The notes beneath the pieces are model-generated. The model was not told the DNA's origin, searched no databases, and saw nothing but the letters and a program-made list of their open reading frames with translations. From contig NC_043015.1 in the NCBI RefSeq assembly GCF_006345805.1, positions 25,606,001 to 25,670,000 on the forward strand: DNA of 64,000 nucleotides, read 5' to 3'. A program made the translations under genes and the position numbers. The stretch comes from Octopus sinensis. Lineage: Eukaryota. Shown here piece by piece: positions 40,391 to 54,249 of the stretch (position 1 is its first letter; every line of letters starts with the position of its first letter).

Positions 40391-42173
40391 AAAAACGGAC
40401 AGAATCTCTGATGGGGCCAGTGTGTTAAAATGTGTGAAGAAATGTATATACATGTATGTATGTATGTCTATACATATATACATATAATGTAAACATGTAT
40501 GTGTATGTGTGCATGTGTGTGTACGTGTCTGTGTGCTTGTGTAATTGTGTGTATATTTGTGTATGTGTCTATAGACGTGCGTATGTTTACATACACATAT
40601 ATGTGTATGTATCTACAATTTCTGTTTGAATATAATTCAAAATAGCAATGTCTTCAACGCGAACAATAGTTTTAAGTTCTCTACATGCAATAATTAACGG
40701 GTAACAAGACATAACTCAAGTTTCATCTTTGTACAAAGCTACACACAGTTGGCAGGGATGTAATTTTTATTGCAATGATCGCATCTTTTAGATGTGCACA
40801 TCGGTAACATTCGTCAATTTCTTGAAAATGGTGGTCATAACCCCGAGATATTGAATACAAGGTAAGTGTACATTAATTCACATATTTGTTTTCTTGTGAT
40901 TTACCTTGCATTTACTTCGCATTGTTTTGGCCTTTCCCACGATCTCTTATACAATATATTCTACACAATGCTTCACAGTAAATTATTCCATTATAATGTA
41001 TATGTATATATGTGTGTGTACATATATATAAATATTTGTACATAGTACATGTTTATATATGTAAAGTATGTAAATATATATATATACTGGTGGACATGGT
41101 AAACTCTTTGAAAACCTGATGTTCTCTTAAGCAAACAGAGAGCAGTAAGAGAAGAAGAGATATTTCTATAACGGTTAGAATATTCACTGCTGAAACTTCG
41201 AAAAGTATATCTGCAAATTATCTCCGAAACATACGTAAAAGAATTAACATTTTCTGCTTACTTCAGAGAACAAGATATTTACAAATAACTTGTCATTTAT
41301 AAAGATGTTAAATAAACAACCACGTATTATCTGTTTTATATGTTTAAGGTTCTCTTAAGACATGTTATATATAAATGGCTATTATTTAATTTATTTTACG
41401 TAACCGACTCTTTATGGTATGTCTTGATAAACTGCTGTTATATATAGCGATTCATTTTATTAGTTGTTTGGGAAACCGAAATATAAAGGTACCTCTTCTC
41501 TGAGGATTTGACGATGAAACCATGAAACAGGTTTATATTAACTTTTCTGTTTTCTTACGGGAACAATAAAACATTTTCCATTCATCTGCAATATTTAGTC
41601 AATATTCGAAATACAAAACTGTAGATTAATCTGCAATATACATTTTCTGTCACACATTAAATTATATCTATCTATCTCACTATAAACTACACATGCCATT
41701 CGCAATCGAAGAGGATTCGGTAGCATGCCCCGAGTCTTCGCTAGTTGCTTTAGGGTGATCTTCAAGTCGCGAGTAGATGCAGAAAACCTCAAAGATTTCT
41801 CATACTTGAATCAGCTGAACACTGAAGATGTAACATGACGAGAAAAGGTTACCGTGGAGCAAGGCGAGTGCTTTATTTATTAGCACCGAAAGAATAAAAG
41901 GCAAATCTGACTTTAGCAGCATTTGACTTCATACCGCAATGCACTCGAACAAATAGAGCAACGCATTTTCTCTGATGCTCTTATATTTATGCAAGCAAGC
42001 GCACGCACACTTCTCGTCTTCTCCGAAGGAACGACAGTCATGGCATCCGTACACGATGTAATAAGATGATAAACGTGAAATGCCCCTCGTCTGTTTGTAA
42101 CAGTGAGTGCTTTCTTATTGCGGATTATTACGATCATCTCTCCCTCTCACACAGAGAGTGTATGTATATATAC

Positions 42174-42250
<77 letters not shown>

Positions 42251-42755
42251 TATATATATATATGTATAAATTTAATGCACATACGCACAAGAACACACAT
42301 ACACGTCTATACAGACATCTGTATGTGTGTGTGTCTATATATATATATATGTATAAAGAGAGAGAGACCCACCACACATGCACACACGCACACACACGTG
42401 TGTATATCCTTCAGTTTTCTTCTTCTCAACATGCAGACGTTGAATAACTTATTCAGCCCAAGGATACTATTTTCTTTGTAGCTCAAGTTTTACTTTTATA
42501 ACACGTTGCCAACATGTTATATGCAATTGATTAGATTTTTACTCCTCCCCTTCTCTTCCTCTTCCTTCACCTCCACCCACAATTCCTCCTCTTCTTTCTT
42601 CTCTGGTCGTTGTTGATCTTATTTTCCTTCTTCCTCTTCTTTCTCTTTTCCTTCTTTTCATTCTTCCATATATCTCTTGAAACGAATCAGAAGACCAACA
42701 TAGTGCTTTATATATCGTCGTCGAAAAAGGCTTAGATAAAAGGTAGAGAGAGAGA

Positions 42756-42827
<72 letters not shown>

Positions 42828-43169
42828 CAAGTATGTATGTATACGTATATACGTGTATATATGTGTGCATATGTTTGCATGTATGTGCGTTTACACCTTG
42901 CTAGAGGAGTGCGTATGTGTGTATTTGCTAACGTCAGGCATACAAACAGATAGGATAGTGAAGGGTAGAAGAACGGGAGATAAAACTGAAGGGGAGAGGG
43001 AAAAGACAGATTCCGAATAGAAAAATAAAAGGGGGAGGTAAATACATGCAGGTATGCATACATATACGCACACTTAGATATAGATATATACACACTATCT
43101 CACACACATATACATATACGCATGTATGATATATGTATATGTGTATATGCATGTATCACTTTGTATCAG

Positions 43170-43201
<32 letters not shown>

Positions 43202-43412
43202 ATTTAGAAGTATGTGTGAATGCATGTGTGTATGTATGACTGCGTGATCACGATATCACTCGTATTAGAAGGGGAGGCACACTGATTCCCTTTAGAGAAA
43301 ATACGGCAGATTTTGAAGAATGACTTTCAAATGCTAGAAGAATGTATAAATGCATAGGACTTCGTTGCAATGAATACCTAAGTACAGACATATGCGTGTG
43401 TGTATGTGCGTA

Positions 43413-43448
<36 letters not shown>

Positions 43449-43690
43449 TATATATATATATATATATGCACACACGTACAGATATGCACACGCACACACA
43501 CACACATATATATATATATACACACACACGTTTGTCATTGCAAGATAAAACATTGCATAAAGAGTACGCACACACACACACACACAAATATATATATATA
43601 TATATAATATATATATATATATAGATATATATATATATATATATACATATGTATATATATTATGTATATATTCATATATATATATATATG

Positions 43691-43728
<38 letters not shown>

Positions 43729-43823
43729 TATATATATGTACATATGTATACATATTCATATATTTATATATATATATATATGTAAATATGTATTATATAT
43801 ATTCATATACATACATAAACTGT

Positions 43824-43866
<43 letters not shown>

Positions 43867-43986
43867 GCACACACACACACGCGTAAGTATGTATTTATTA
43901 TCCAAGAAGCTATAGTAATTCAATGGCAAATAGTTCCGTGCCAACGTAATTATTATTCGCACGAAACAAAATCCATCCATCCATCC

Positions 43987-44047
<61 letters not shown>

Positions 44048-45236
44048 GTTGTCTGCCTACCCATTTTCCTCCTCCTCTACTACTACTAATGATAACAAGA
44101 ACAACAACACGAAAGACGACCACGACTGCAATAACAACATCAAGACGAGATATTTTCCAAATTGTCAGAAACACATTTTATGGTGAAATTATAATAAAGA
44201 ACTCAATACATTTGCATGGAAACATGTTTTCGTTACATTGAAATGCTTACAACCATTGCAGCTGATATGTCATGTTTAATGCTTTTATTTAATGTTAAGT
44301 TCGGTACTCTAAGCTTTTGCTACCTCCCACCCAAAAGATTTGACATCACAGAGTTTGGTGATATTTGTCGATGTTACATTTCGGGTTTATATTAAGCAGC
44401 ATGTTATAAACATTTGTTGAGAAACAGTATAATGTATATGTTACATGAATATTTAGAAAAATAAAAAAAATATTTAAGAAATGTAGTTGAGACGTGTGGC
44501 AAAACATGTAAAATTAGGCCAAAAATTATGGCAAAAATATTTTATTTTACATTAGTTTAATATATATTTCAGAAAAGATTCTCCTTATGAAATAGACGAT
44601 AGAAAATCAAGCCAAATCTTCCCACATAAACAATAGATGCGTTAAAGAACCCATATACGTAAATACGATATCTTGTTTTCGATTTATTGGCACCACCTTA
44701 AAAGCTTGCCTAACTTGTTTTGCATAAAGCTTGTTATAAAAATATATAATTTTCATATTTCATTGCTTCAACAAGAATACATAGATACATAAACATATAT
44801 TTTGAATACGCATATGTATCAAGGAAACACAGACATATCTATATATGCACATACGTACTCACCGATATATGTACACATACATGCGCGAATGCACACACAC
44901 TCATACACAAACATATATTCATAAAAACAGACGCATACATAAATGCAAATATATATGTATACATATATAAATATATGCATACGCGTAGGCACAGTATGGC
45001 CGTATGGTTAAATTACCTTCGTAACCATGAATTCCACTGCCTGGTATCTCGAGCAAATTTCATTTTCCAAGAGATAAGATCGCCACTGCCTTATGAAAGG
45101 GTATTTCGATACATGGAAACTGTGTTGAATTCTTTCTTCTGTTAATTCTGCTGTATTTTGTCATTTCTTATATAAAGTTATTTAACAGCCTTAATATTAT
45201 CGCTTACTCTTTACATGTATCCCTTATATTTATTAA

Positions 45237-45430
45237 GGCGGCGAGATGGCAGAATCGTGACACAGTGCTGAGTCACATTCTTTCCGGTTCTTTACGATCA
45301 CAGTTCAAATGCCACCGACGTCAATATTGTCATTTATCCTCTCGGGATCGATAAAATATGCACCAGCAAAATATTAGTACCAGTATCATTCGACACGTCC
45401 CTCTTCCAAAGATTTTCGGTTTTGTGTCGA
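45237..45430 (+). mobile_element. SINE family B diverged copy
   Basis: ggcggcgagatggcagaatcg...gttcaaatgccaccgacgtc...tcctctcgggatcgataaaatatgcaccag. Confidence 0.65.
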
Positions 45431-46454
45431 CGGTAAAGTAACCAATACTTATATATCACTTTGATAATCATAGACTTAAGTCCCTTAGTTTTATATCGTT
45501 TATATAATCAACATTAACGTTAATGTTTGTAATATTACATTTAATCCTTCCTTCAATTATTTCTTTGGTTGGTGTTTCTGGTGACTGAGAACATTGGTCA
45601 TTGTAGATAGGTCGCCCTCACACAAGTTGCTCTGGAATGAAGTATGGAGTGAAGTATGTCGAGCCGAAGCATGGCGCGTTTTCCTCTTTTTCGTTTGTCC
45701 TCCATTTTTGAGCGTAAATATGCATATCTCTTATATTTTACTTGTTTGTCATTAAGCTGCGGCCATGCTGGGTCACCGTCTTAAAGCGTTTACTCGAACA
45801 GGAACTCAGTACTTATTTTAAAGTCTAGCATGTATCATAAGAATATATTCGCCCTAGGTGAGCATTGGAACTAGAAACCACATGCTTATCAAACAAGCTT
45901 TTTACTCACACAGCCCTACCCGTACCCATGTGTATATCAAGATTATTTTATTCTTAACATTTAATAAAAAGACGCAGAGAAAAAATATCTTTTGAGTCAA
46001 AGGATAAAAATGTTGGTTGCTTCGGTTTCAGTTTTATAATACACAACCAACGTGTTTAATCCAATTGATTAGTTTTTAAGCTTTTCCTTTTTTTGCTTTG
46101 CTTCTTTTGCTTCGAGTAAATATCATCTGAACGGATTGTGTAGATCAACGTAGTGGCTTATTTATAGAGTTGCGAAAAATAACAGCTGAATTAGATCGTA
46201 TATGTACATGTCATGCACACACATACACTCATACATGCGAGAACATGTGCATAGACGCACACACTGAAAAGGAAAGAAAGAGAAAAGGAGGAAGAGGGAA
46301 AGAAATCTGGAGAGAAAGAGAAAATGTGTGGGATGACGAAAAACAAATACAGAGAAAATGGAAGAATAAAATTAGGAATAGAATATATATATATATAAAT
46401 ATATATATGGCTATGTGTGTGCGTGTGTACACGTTGTAAATATGTATGTTTACA

Positions 46455-46502
<48 letters not shown>

Positions 46503-47425
46503 CACATTTATACACACACATGTATATATATGTATATATACACTTATACCCACATGTCTATCTCTCTATATGCATGTATATATATGTATATATATTTGTA
46601 TATACATACATGCACATATTTGCTGATGCTAGGTGCTGTAAATCTTGTTCTACACACCTCGCAAACGTTAGAGTGGATCACGAAACCAGGAAATCGCTAT
46701 AAAATACACGAAAGAACTTTCAATCAATACTTAAACACGAGAATAACATTACCTCCAGTCAAACTCTCCTTCGAATTTCTCTTTTCTTGTTCTTCTTCTT
46801 CCTCTCATCCCCTTTGTTCTTTTACTGTTTATCCTTTCCTTCTACGACTCTCCTTTATTCTGTGAGGATTTTCTATTCGGTATGCTCACATGTAATAACA
46901 TTTAAATCTGGAATGCCTTCTAAAAGCCCTGCTTGTAGAACCTCAAAAGAGGTACGAGCTTTTAGATAATCATGTGAGATAAATTTGTTCTTTCTCCTTC
47001 ACGTTTGTTGCTGGTTTATCGCAGGTTACGGAAAAAAAGAGAGAGAATCGAATAGTGGGTACTTTCTTTTCATTCATTTCATTCGCCTTTTACGAAGAAG
47101 AGCGTCGTAAGTTTCATATCTACAATGATGTCGATCACTGAATGGTTCACCGCATTTTCAAAGGCAATTCAGGCGTGACGGTAGATATATTACTAGGAAT
47201 TTTCTCTACACATAAACACATAGATACACTAACAGATGCAAACACATTAGACACGCAAATACGGCCCCCACTCATTCACACACACGTATGTGTGTATGTA
47301 TGCATATATGTGTGTGCGCATAGATAAATGTCACTGTATCACTAGATCGACCAGACAATCAGATGTTATCCCTACCGCTCGTCAAACTGCGCTTCAAATA
47401 CTTTCTTGATTGTGCCCTTTTTAAT

Positions 47426-47426
<1 letters not shown>

Positions 47427-47516
<90 letters not shown>

Positions 47517-47536
47517 TTATCTATCTATCTATCTCT

Positions 47537-47567
<31 letters not shown>

Positions 47568-47574
47568 ATATATA

Positions 47575-47668
<94 letters not shown>

Positions 47669-47704
47669 CAGATAGATAGATAGATAGATAAATAGACAGA
47701 TAGA
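47427..47704. repeat. Composite microsatellite (TATC)n-(TC)n-(TA)n-(GA)3-(TAGA)n
   Basis: Direct reading. The order of the units is self-complementary. Confidence 0.95.
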
Positions 47705-47759
47705 TAAAAGAGACATATCTATAAGCATACACATATATTCACAGATGTATAAGCGTACA

Positions 47760-47936
47760 GAAAGACACACACACGACGGGATTCTTTTAGTTTCTGTGTG
47801 CCAGACCACTGATAATGTTTTGGTCAGCCCGAGGCTATAGTACAAGATACCTGCCAACGGTGCGACGCAGTGGGATTGGACCCGGAATCATGTGTTTGGG
47901 AAGCAAACTTCTTACCACACAGACACGCCTGCGCCT
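47760..47936 (-). mobile_element. SINE family A 5' half
   Basis: The reverse complement begins aggcgcaggcgtgtctgtgtggtaagaagtttgcttccc. Confidence 0.8.
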
Positions 47937-48038
47937 ATATATAAGAGTTTTGCTTAATCAGTTACAAAATTTAAAAACTACAATACTGTTTAAGACTTCA
48001 GTGCATTTTCAAACGCCAGACCCAATTCTCCTACATAT

Positions 48039-48289
48039 CTCTTTTACTCTTTTACTTGTTTTAGTCATTTGACTGCGGCCATGCTGGAGCACCGTCTTTA
48101 GTCGAGCGAATCGACCCCAGGACTTATTCTTTGTAAGTCTAGTACTTATTCTATCAGTCTTCTTTTTTTGCCGAACCGCTAAGTTACGAGGACGGAAACA
48201 CACCAGCATCGGTTGTCAAGCGATGTTGGGGAGACAAACACAGACATACAAATACAAACATATACACACATACATACATTCATATATAT

Positions 48290-48322
<33 letters not shown>

Positions 48323-48487
48323 GCGAAGGGCTTCTTTCAGTTTCCGTCTACCAAATCCACTCACAAGGCTTTGGTCGGCCCGAGGCTATAGTAGAAGATA
48401 CTTGCCCAAGGTGCCGCGCAGTGGGAATGAACCCGGAACCATGTGGTTGGTAAGCAAGGTACTTACCACACAGCCACTCCTACGCCT
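48039..48487 (-). mobile_element. SINE family A, full-length young copy
   Basis: Highly similar reverse complement of 17104-17518, with a longer internal (TA)n and an (AAGAGTA)-like tail. Confidence 0.9.
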
Positions 48488-48689
48488 ATATATATATATG
48501 TGTGTGAGTGTGAATATATGTAAGTATGCATGTAAGTATGTGTGTGTGTTTAGATAATATATAAGAGTAAATTGTGCAAACCTTATGTGGTACATGACTC
48601 AATTGGTTAAATAGAGTGAGATACACGTGAACAGACCAGCTAGAGGTAAAATTCAGACTTTAGAGTTTGGCAAAATATAGGGGAGGGAG

Positions 48690-49550
48690 TCAGAGCAGAG
48701 AGGGAGGTCGCTCACGAAGGAAGTGACTTACACGTCTTCTGCAGCATTATGAGTGGGTGTTGAAACAACTAATGAATCATTCAAACATGGATGTGATATG
48801 TCTTGGTTTTGGAAAGGCCTTTGATAAGATCTATCATGAGATAATATGTCACAAGCTACGGATCCTCGTCATAGTCGGAAAACTGGTAGAGTGGTTAAAT
48901 GACTTCTGAAAAGACAAATCCTACGCTGTGGCAGCCAATGGGGACTTTTCCAAAGAAGGAATAATAGCGGGTAGAGTGCCTCAGAGAACTGTCTTGGGGC
49001 CGCTGCTGGTTTTGGAGACTCTTTCGGACATAGTATCAGTCAGGCAATCACACTTATTAGCTATACCTACGACACAAAAGTAATACCAGCAGGCAAAGCC
49101 CCTTCCGATGTTAATCAGCAGAAAGACCTAGGCGCCGAAAGAAAATCAACATGCAATATATTGCAGGGAAATTCCAAGACCTCCTCTGTCAAGTAGCTAG
49201 TGTTCACAAGCCGCGCCAACGATACTGAGGACCAAAAGTAGCAGCAACGAACAGAATCAAGTACAATGCGTGATCTAGGGACTAATATGAGAAACAACGC
49301 TTCGTTTTAGGTGCATATCACTAAGATGGTGGCATTGAGCAGGCGAATGGCCGGATGAATTCTGAGAACTTTCAAAGTAAAGGACCAGGAAACTATATTG
49401 GTTCTATGGAGGACATATGTCCTCTTCCTCAAAGCAGGTAGCAATGCCAAACTCCGTCCTTCGCCGAAAGACAATCGCATTAGAATGGCCATTGAAAAGT
49501 TGATTGATTACACTGGCAGCCAGCGCACCAGCAAGGCCGCAGCCTTTGAG
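48690..49550 (+). mobile_element. Decayed CR1/L2-like LINE reverse transcriptase fragment
   Basis: MDVICLGFGKAFDKIYHEIICHKL (cf. VDVIYLDFAKAFDKVDH), GRVPQRTVLGPLL (cf. SGVPQGSVLGPLLF) and SYTYDTK (cf. FADDTK). Confidence 0.75.
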
Positions 49551-49729
49551 CTGAAACGCTTATAAAATAAAAAAATGTATGTATGTGTGTGGGTGTGTCT
49601 GTGCGTGTATATATGTATATATATATATATACTCAGGCACACACACACGCATATGTATCCACGTATATATATATATATATATAATATATATATATATTAT
49701 ATATATATATATTATATATATATATATTA

Positions 49730-49939
49730 TATATAATATTAATTCGAGACAAAACCACTATTTTGCAAATCAAACAAGGAAAGACTTAATCAATACATAA
49801 AAATTTTAATATAAAGTAAATAAAGTAAATAATAAATAAATAAATCGCCACCTTATATTAAAAATTTTTTATGTATTGATTAAGTCTTTCCTTGTTTGAT
49901 TTGCAAAATAGTGGTTTTGTCTCGAATTAATATTATATA
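49730..49939. repeat. Perfect 74-bp inverted repeat (49730-49803 / 49866-49939) with a 62-nt spacer
   Basis: Checked by eye: aattcgagacaaaaccactattttgcaaatcaaacaaggaaagacttaatcaatacat and its exact reverse complement. Confidence 0.92.
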
Positions 49940-50018
49940 ATATTTTACTATAAAATTGGATTTATTCCTAAATCTGATTTTTTCCCTGTAATTTTGGATT
50001 TATTCCCTAATATTTATT

Positions 50019-50101
<83 letters not shown>

Positions 50102-50108
50102 TATAGTT

Positions 50109-50852
50109 AAATCAGCCCCCTTTAATTTTCCCTCAGATTGCTTTCAATTTCGGTGTATCAATGCAACTCTGAATTTTGATTACGACCAACCAATTACTTT
50201 ATCTCGTGAATTAAAGAATCAGACGTTATTTAGAATTAAAGCTGGGAAAATTTGGGTAATTTTAGCCTATCAGCAGACTGCGAGGTATTAACAGCTTGTT
50301 ACCATGACAACCGCACGTTGTGTTGTGGTTCATCTCACCCGCACGTTGTGCTGTGTTGATTCTTCATACCACAAGGTTTACTTCACCACGTGTTTTAATA
50401 AAAAATGAAGGATACATTAAATAATGTTGCCCTACGTCTTCAATAAAAATATAGAATGGCTCATTCTGGCCTGACCTGGGTTTAAACTGAAAGGTATTCG
50501 TTGCAACGAATGTAAACAGAGATAAACTTCACGAAATATATATAAAATTTATGAAAAATTTTAAAGACAATTGACGGAAATAAAATTCTAATTGATAAAT
50601 ATGAATTTTTTTATCAAAGCAAAACATACGGGTGAAGTAAACCTCGTGGTATGAAGAATCAACACAACCCAAGGTGCGGTCATGGTAACAAGCCGTTAAT
50701 ACCTCGCTGTCTGTTGATTGTCTAAAATTACCCAACATCAGATCCTTTAATTTACGAGATAAAGTAAATGGTTGATCACAATCAAAATTCAGAGTCGCAT
50801 CGATTCACTTAAATTCAAAGCAATCAGAGGAAAAATTAAAGGGGGCTGATTT
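50109..50852. mobile_element. Foldback-type element with long imperfect TIRs (50109-50395 / 50622-50852)
   Basis: Ends aaatcagccccctttaattt and aattaaagggggctgattt. Internal blocks such as gtgttgattcttcatacca/tggtatgaagaatcaacac and taattttag/ctaaaatta pair. No TSD identified. Confidence 0.75.
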
Positions 50853-50929
50853 TGTGAATCAATTTAACCAGATCAGTGTATATATATCTGTGTGTGTGTG
50901 TGTGTGAGAGAGAGAGTGAGAGATGGGGG

Positions 50930-50974
<45 letters not shown>

Positions 50975-50975
<1 letters not shown>

Positions 50976-51370
50976 TAGCAGTATCGCCCGGCGTTGCTCG
51001 GGTTTGTAAGGGAAATAACTATATAAGCATTTTTAGAGAGTTATAGCCAAAATATAGCAAAAAAATGCATTAAAAATGGAAAAAAAATTCTGGTAATTTT
51101 TTTTAAATCGTTGACTCATCATAGACATTTTTAGAGAGTTACTTCCCTTATATAATAGCAAAAAAATGCATTAAAATGGAAAAAAATGATGGTAAATTTT
51201 TTTTTAAATCGTAGACTCATCGTAGACGCGCGCTAATACCCAGAAGGGCTCGATATGAATCACGACTATAAGATACCCGGTTTTGGTTAAACTGCACCGC
51301 AAAATGTGGGAGTAGTTAGGAATCTAAATCGTAGGAGACAGACACACAACTTGACTTTTATATATAAAGA
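50975..51370 (-). mobile_element. Non-autonomous Helitron with intact termini
   Basis: The minus strand reads A|TCTTTATATATAAAAG ... CCCGAGCAACGCCGGG (hairpin) CGATACTG CTAG|T. It sits at an A|T site inside (TA)n and carries an internal ~70-nt direct duplication. Confidence 0.85.
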
Positions 51371-51717
51371 TATATATATATATATATATATTTATATATT
51401 TTTACATACGCACATTTTCTCCATTCTCTCTCTCCCCCATCTCTCTCTCTCTTACACACACACACGAGAAAGTTGACAGAATTAGAACCAAACCTGGATC
51501 TCACTAAAAATTCACTGGGAAGACAGCAGAAGACAAAGCACCTGCACTCTGGTTGTGTTGTCATCGAACAGATGATAAATGATAAATAGCTTTGATACAT
51601 TAATGTGTGTGCGTGTGTGTGTGTGTATGTGTGTGTGTATATGTGTTGTGTGTGTATGCGGGCGTGCACTGTAGAGTTGAAATTTTTGATATTCATTGAA
51701 TCAAAGTGTTTGTGTGT

Positions 51718-51821
<104 letters not shown>

Positions 51822-52019
51822 TACAACGAAGATAATCAACAACGTCACATATCTTGAAGTGTAATTTGTTTTTAAATGATAGTTGTGATTTATCTCGCAT
51901 CTACCAAACGCTCTCCCAAGTCTGTTTCATTTAAGATAGAGCAGAGCAGTTTATAAATTATTCTTGAGTCGAATAAACGTTTTCTGTCTTCATGATAAAT
52001 AACAATTTCTAATATATAT

Positions 52020-52355
52020 ATTTGTGAAGCTTGCTTTCCAAGCGAATAACTTTGGGTTCAATCCCGCTGCGCGACACTTCAGGCAAGTGTTTTCTATTAT
52101 AGCCTCAGGGTAGAAAAGGTCTTAGTGGATATGGTAGAAGGAAACTGAAAGAAGCTCGTCGTTTGTGTGTGTGTGTGTGCGTGCATGTCCTCTCAACCAC
52201 TGCTTAGGGACCGTTGTTGAGTGATTGTGTTCCAGTATTCTTGTGGGTTGGCAAAAGAAACCGGTAGAATAAGTACAATGAGTAAAACCGTAATTCATTA
52301 GGGAGTTACCCTAGCATGGGCGTAGAGCAATGACTAAAGCAAGGAAAAGCTAAAA
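52020..52355 (+). mobile_element. SINE family A diverged copy
   Basis: gggttcaatcccgctgcgcgacacttcaggcaagtg...gtagaaggaaactgaaagaagctcgtcg...ggtagaataagtac. Confidence 0.65.
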
Positions 52356-52374
52356 GTTTATATTTATAAATATA

Positions 52375-52761
52375 CTAGCAGTATCGCCCGGCGTTGCTCA
52401 GGTTTGTAAGGGAAATAACTATAAAGCATTTTTAGAGAGTTATAGCCAAAAAATAGCAAAAAAATGGAAAAAAAATGATGGTAAATTTTTTTTTGAGAGT
52501 AATAAAAGGTTGAGTTGCGTCCCCTAGACAGTCTGTGGTTTGTTTTTTTTAATTCTCGACCCCATGTCGAATTTATCGATTTTTTTCAGAACTGGGGGAA
52601 CTTTTCAAAATTTTCGCTGCGTTAGTTTTGAATTATGACATTGGGCTATGTGTGTGTCAAGTTTCATCAGAATCGGTTGAAAGCCGTGGTCAGGGTGAGG
52701 GTACGAGAAAACAGACACACAGAAACACGCACAGACAAACTGCCGTTTATATAGAGAGAGA
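52375..52761 (-). mobile_element. Non-autonomous Helitron, same 3' module as 50975-51370 but a different 5' part
   Basis: The minus strand reads A|TCTCTCTCTATATAAACGGCAG ... hairpin ... CTAG|T. About 120 nt at the 3' end are near-identical to the 51 kb copy. Confidence 0.85.
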
Positions 52762-53137
52762 TATATATATAGAGAGAGAGCGAGAGAGAGGGGGTGGAGG
52801 GAGTTAAAGAGAGAGAGAGAGAAAGAGAGAGTCAGCAGGTGATATCCAGAGATGCTCATTATAGAAATTACGTTGTAGTGCTCAAATAATTTGAACTTAC
52901 GCCTCCGAAATCTTTCTCGAGGAGGTCAATGTCGACGGGGTGAAGAGTGACCAACAAATTCAGGCTGATATAGAAATAGCGATGCAAATAAACAAAAGAA
53001 CACGCTTGGGCTTATTGTATAAAATATACATTCGTACATATATACACGTAAAATTGAAAATATTCAGATGAACATGCAAGTATAAGCATAAATATGTTTA
53101 TATATTTACAGAAAGGTTTTATAGACAAGCCCATATA

Positions 53138-53173
<36 letters not shown>

Positions 53174-53265
53174 CATATATATATATTCATAATACATACA
53201 TACATTCACAATGCATACATCCATCCATCCATCCATCCATCCATACATACATACATACATACATA

Positions 53266-53961
53266 GGAGGGGAAGTCAAAAATTATCCGCGCACTCGTCA
53301 TAACATATCTTTATGATTGTCACTCTGCCTTCTGTACTAGAATGCTGATAGTTGGTGCTATTGTGATCACTTAATTGAAATTTGCGCTGATCGTGCCAGT
53401 CTTCGTCCTGGCTTTACAGTATAAGCATGGCCGCTCCACCAGCAGCGTGCACTAAACAAGAACGAAGTGTGCCGATCCGATCAACAGTGTACGATCAACA
53501 GTGTACGATCAACAGCAAAATATAGCGCTTTGCTGCCAGCAATTCGCACCAAACGCCGAAGACTATCGTCGAAGAATATTTTGTTGTTGCATGACAATGC
53601 AAGCCCACACACGGCTGCCCAGACCATTGAAATACTTAACCAATTAATTTTTGAGGCTCTAGAACACCCGCCTACACTCCAGATCTCGCCTCTTCCGACT
53701 ATCGTATATTTGGACCGCTCAAAGATGGTTTACGATGTCGTCGATTTCCTACCTGTGAAGATGTGAAAGAAGCGGTGCATAAATAGTTGCATGAACAACC
53801 GAAACCTTCTTCTTGGAAGGAATACGCAAGCTCTTGTGGACAGCTGGACCAAATGCATCGAAAATGGAGGAGATTGTACAGAAAAAGGACATACTTGTTT
53901 ATCCCCTGCTTTTGTGTAAACACTGGAAAAACAGGAGCGCGTATAATTTTAGACTCTGTCG
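53266..53961 (+). mobile_element. Internally deleted mariner element (different subfamily from 37 kb)
   Basis: TA|ggaggggaagtcaaaaattatccgc ... gcgtataattttagactctgtcg|TA imperfect TIRs. Motifs LLLHDNASPHTA, LEHPP, EDVKEAVH and WTKCIE. Confidence 0.82.
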
Positions 53962-54249
53962 TATATAGATTGATGCATACACATACGCACATATACATAT
54001 TCTTTTACAAGGGAATGGTTGGCACTGATTCCAAAGTTTCGGCTTGAAACAACCTCGAAGCTACAGTTTGTTGGGTTTCTAGAAGTATACATAAAACAAA
54101 CATATATACATACATATGTATATATGCATGTATGTACGTATGTATGTATGTATTTATGCACTATGTATGTATGTATATGCAGATTTGTATGTTTTATGCT
54201 TGCATTCTCATGCATATAGTTGCATATCTAGACATTTATTTAAATGATA

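Noticed and set aside
40792-40861. 70-nt plus-strand segment with AG and GTAAGT boundaries (VHIGNIRQFLENGGHNPEILNT)
   Set aside because: Good splice signals, but no partner exons or recognised homology, and it is opposite in strand to the other candidates.
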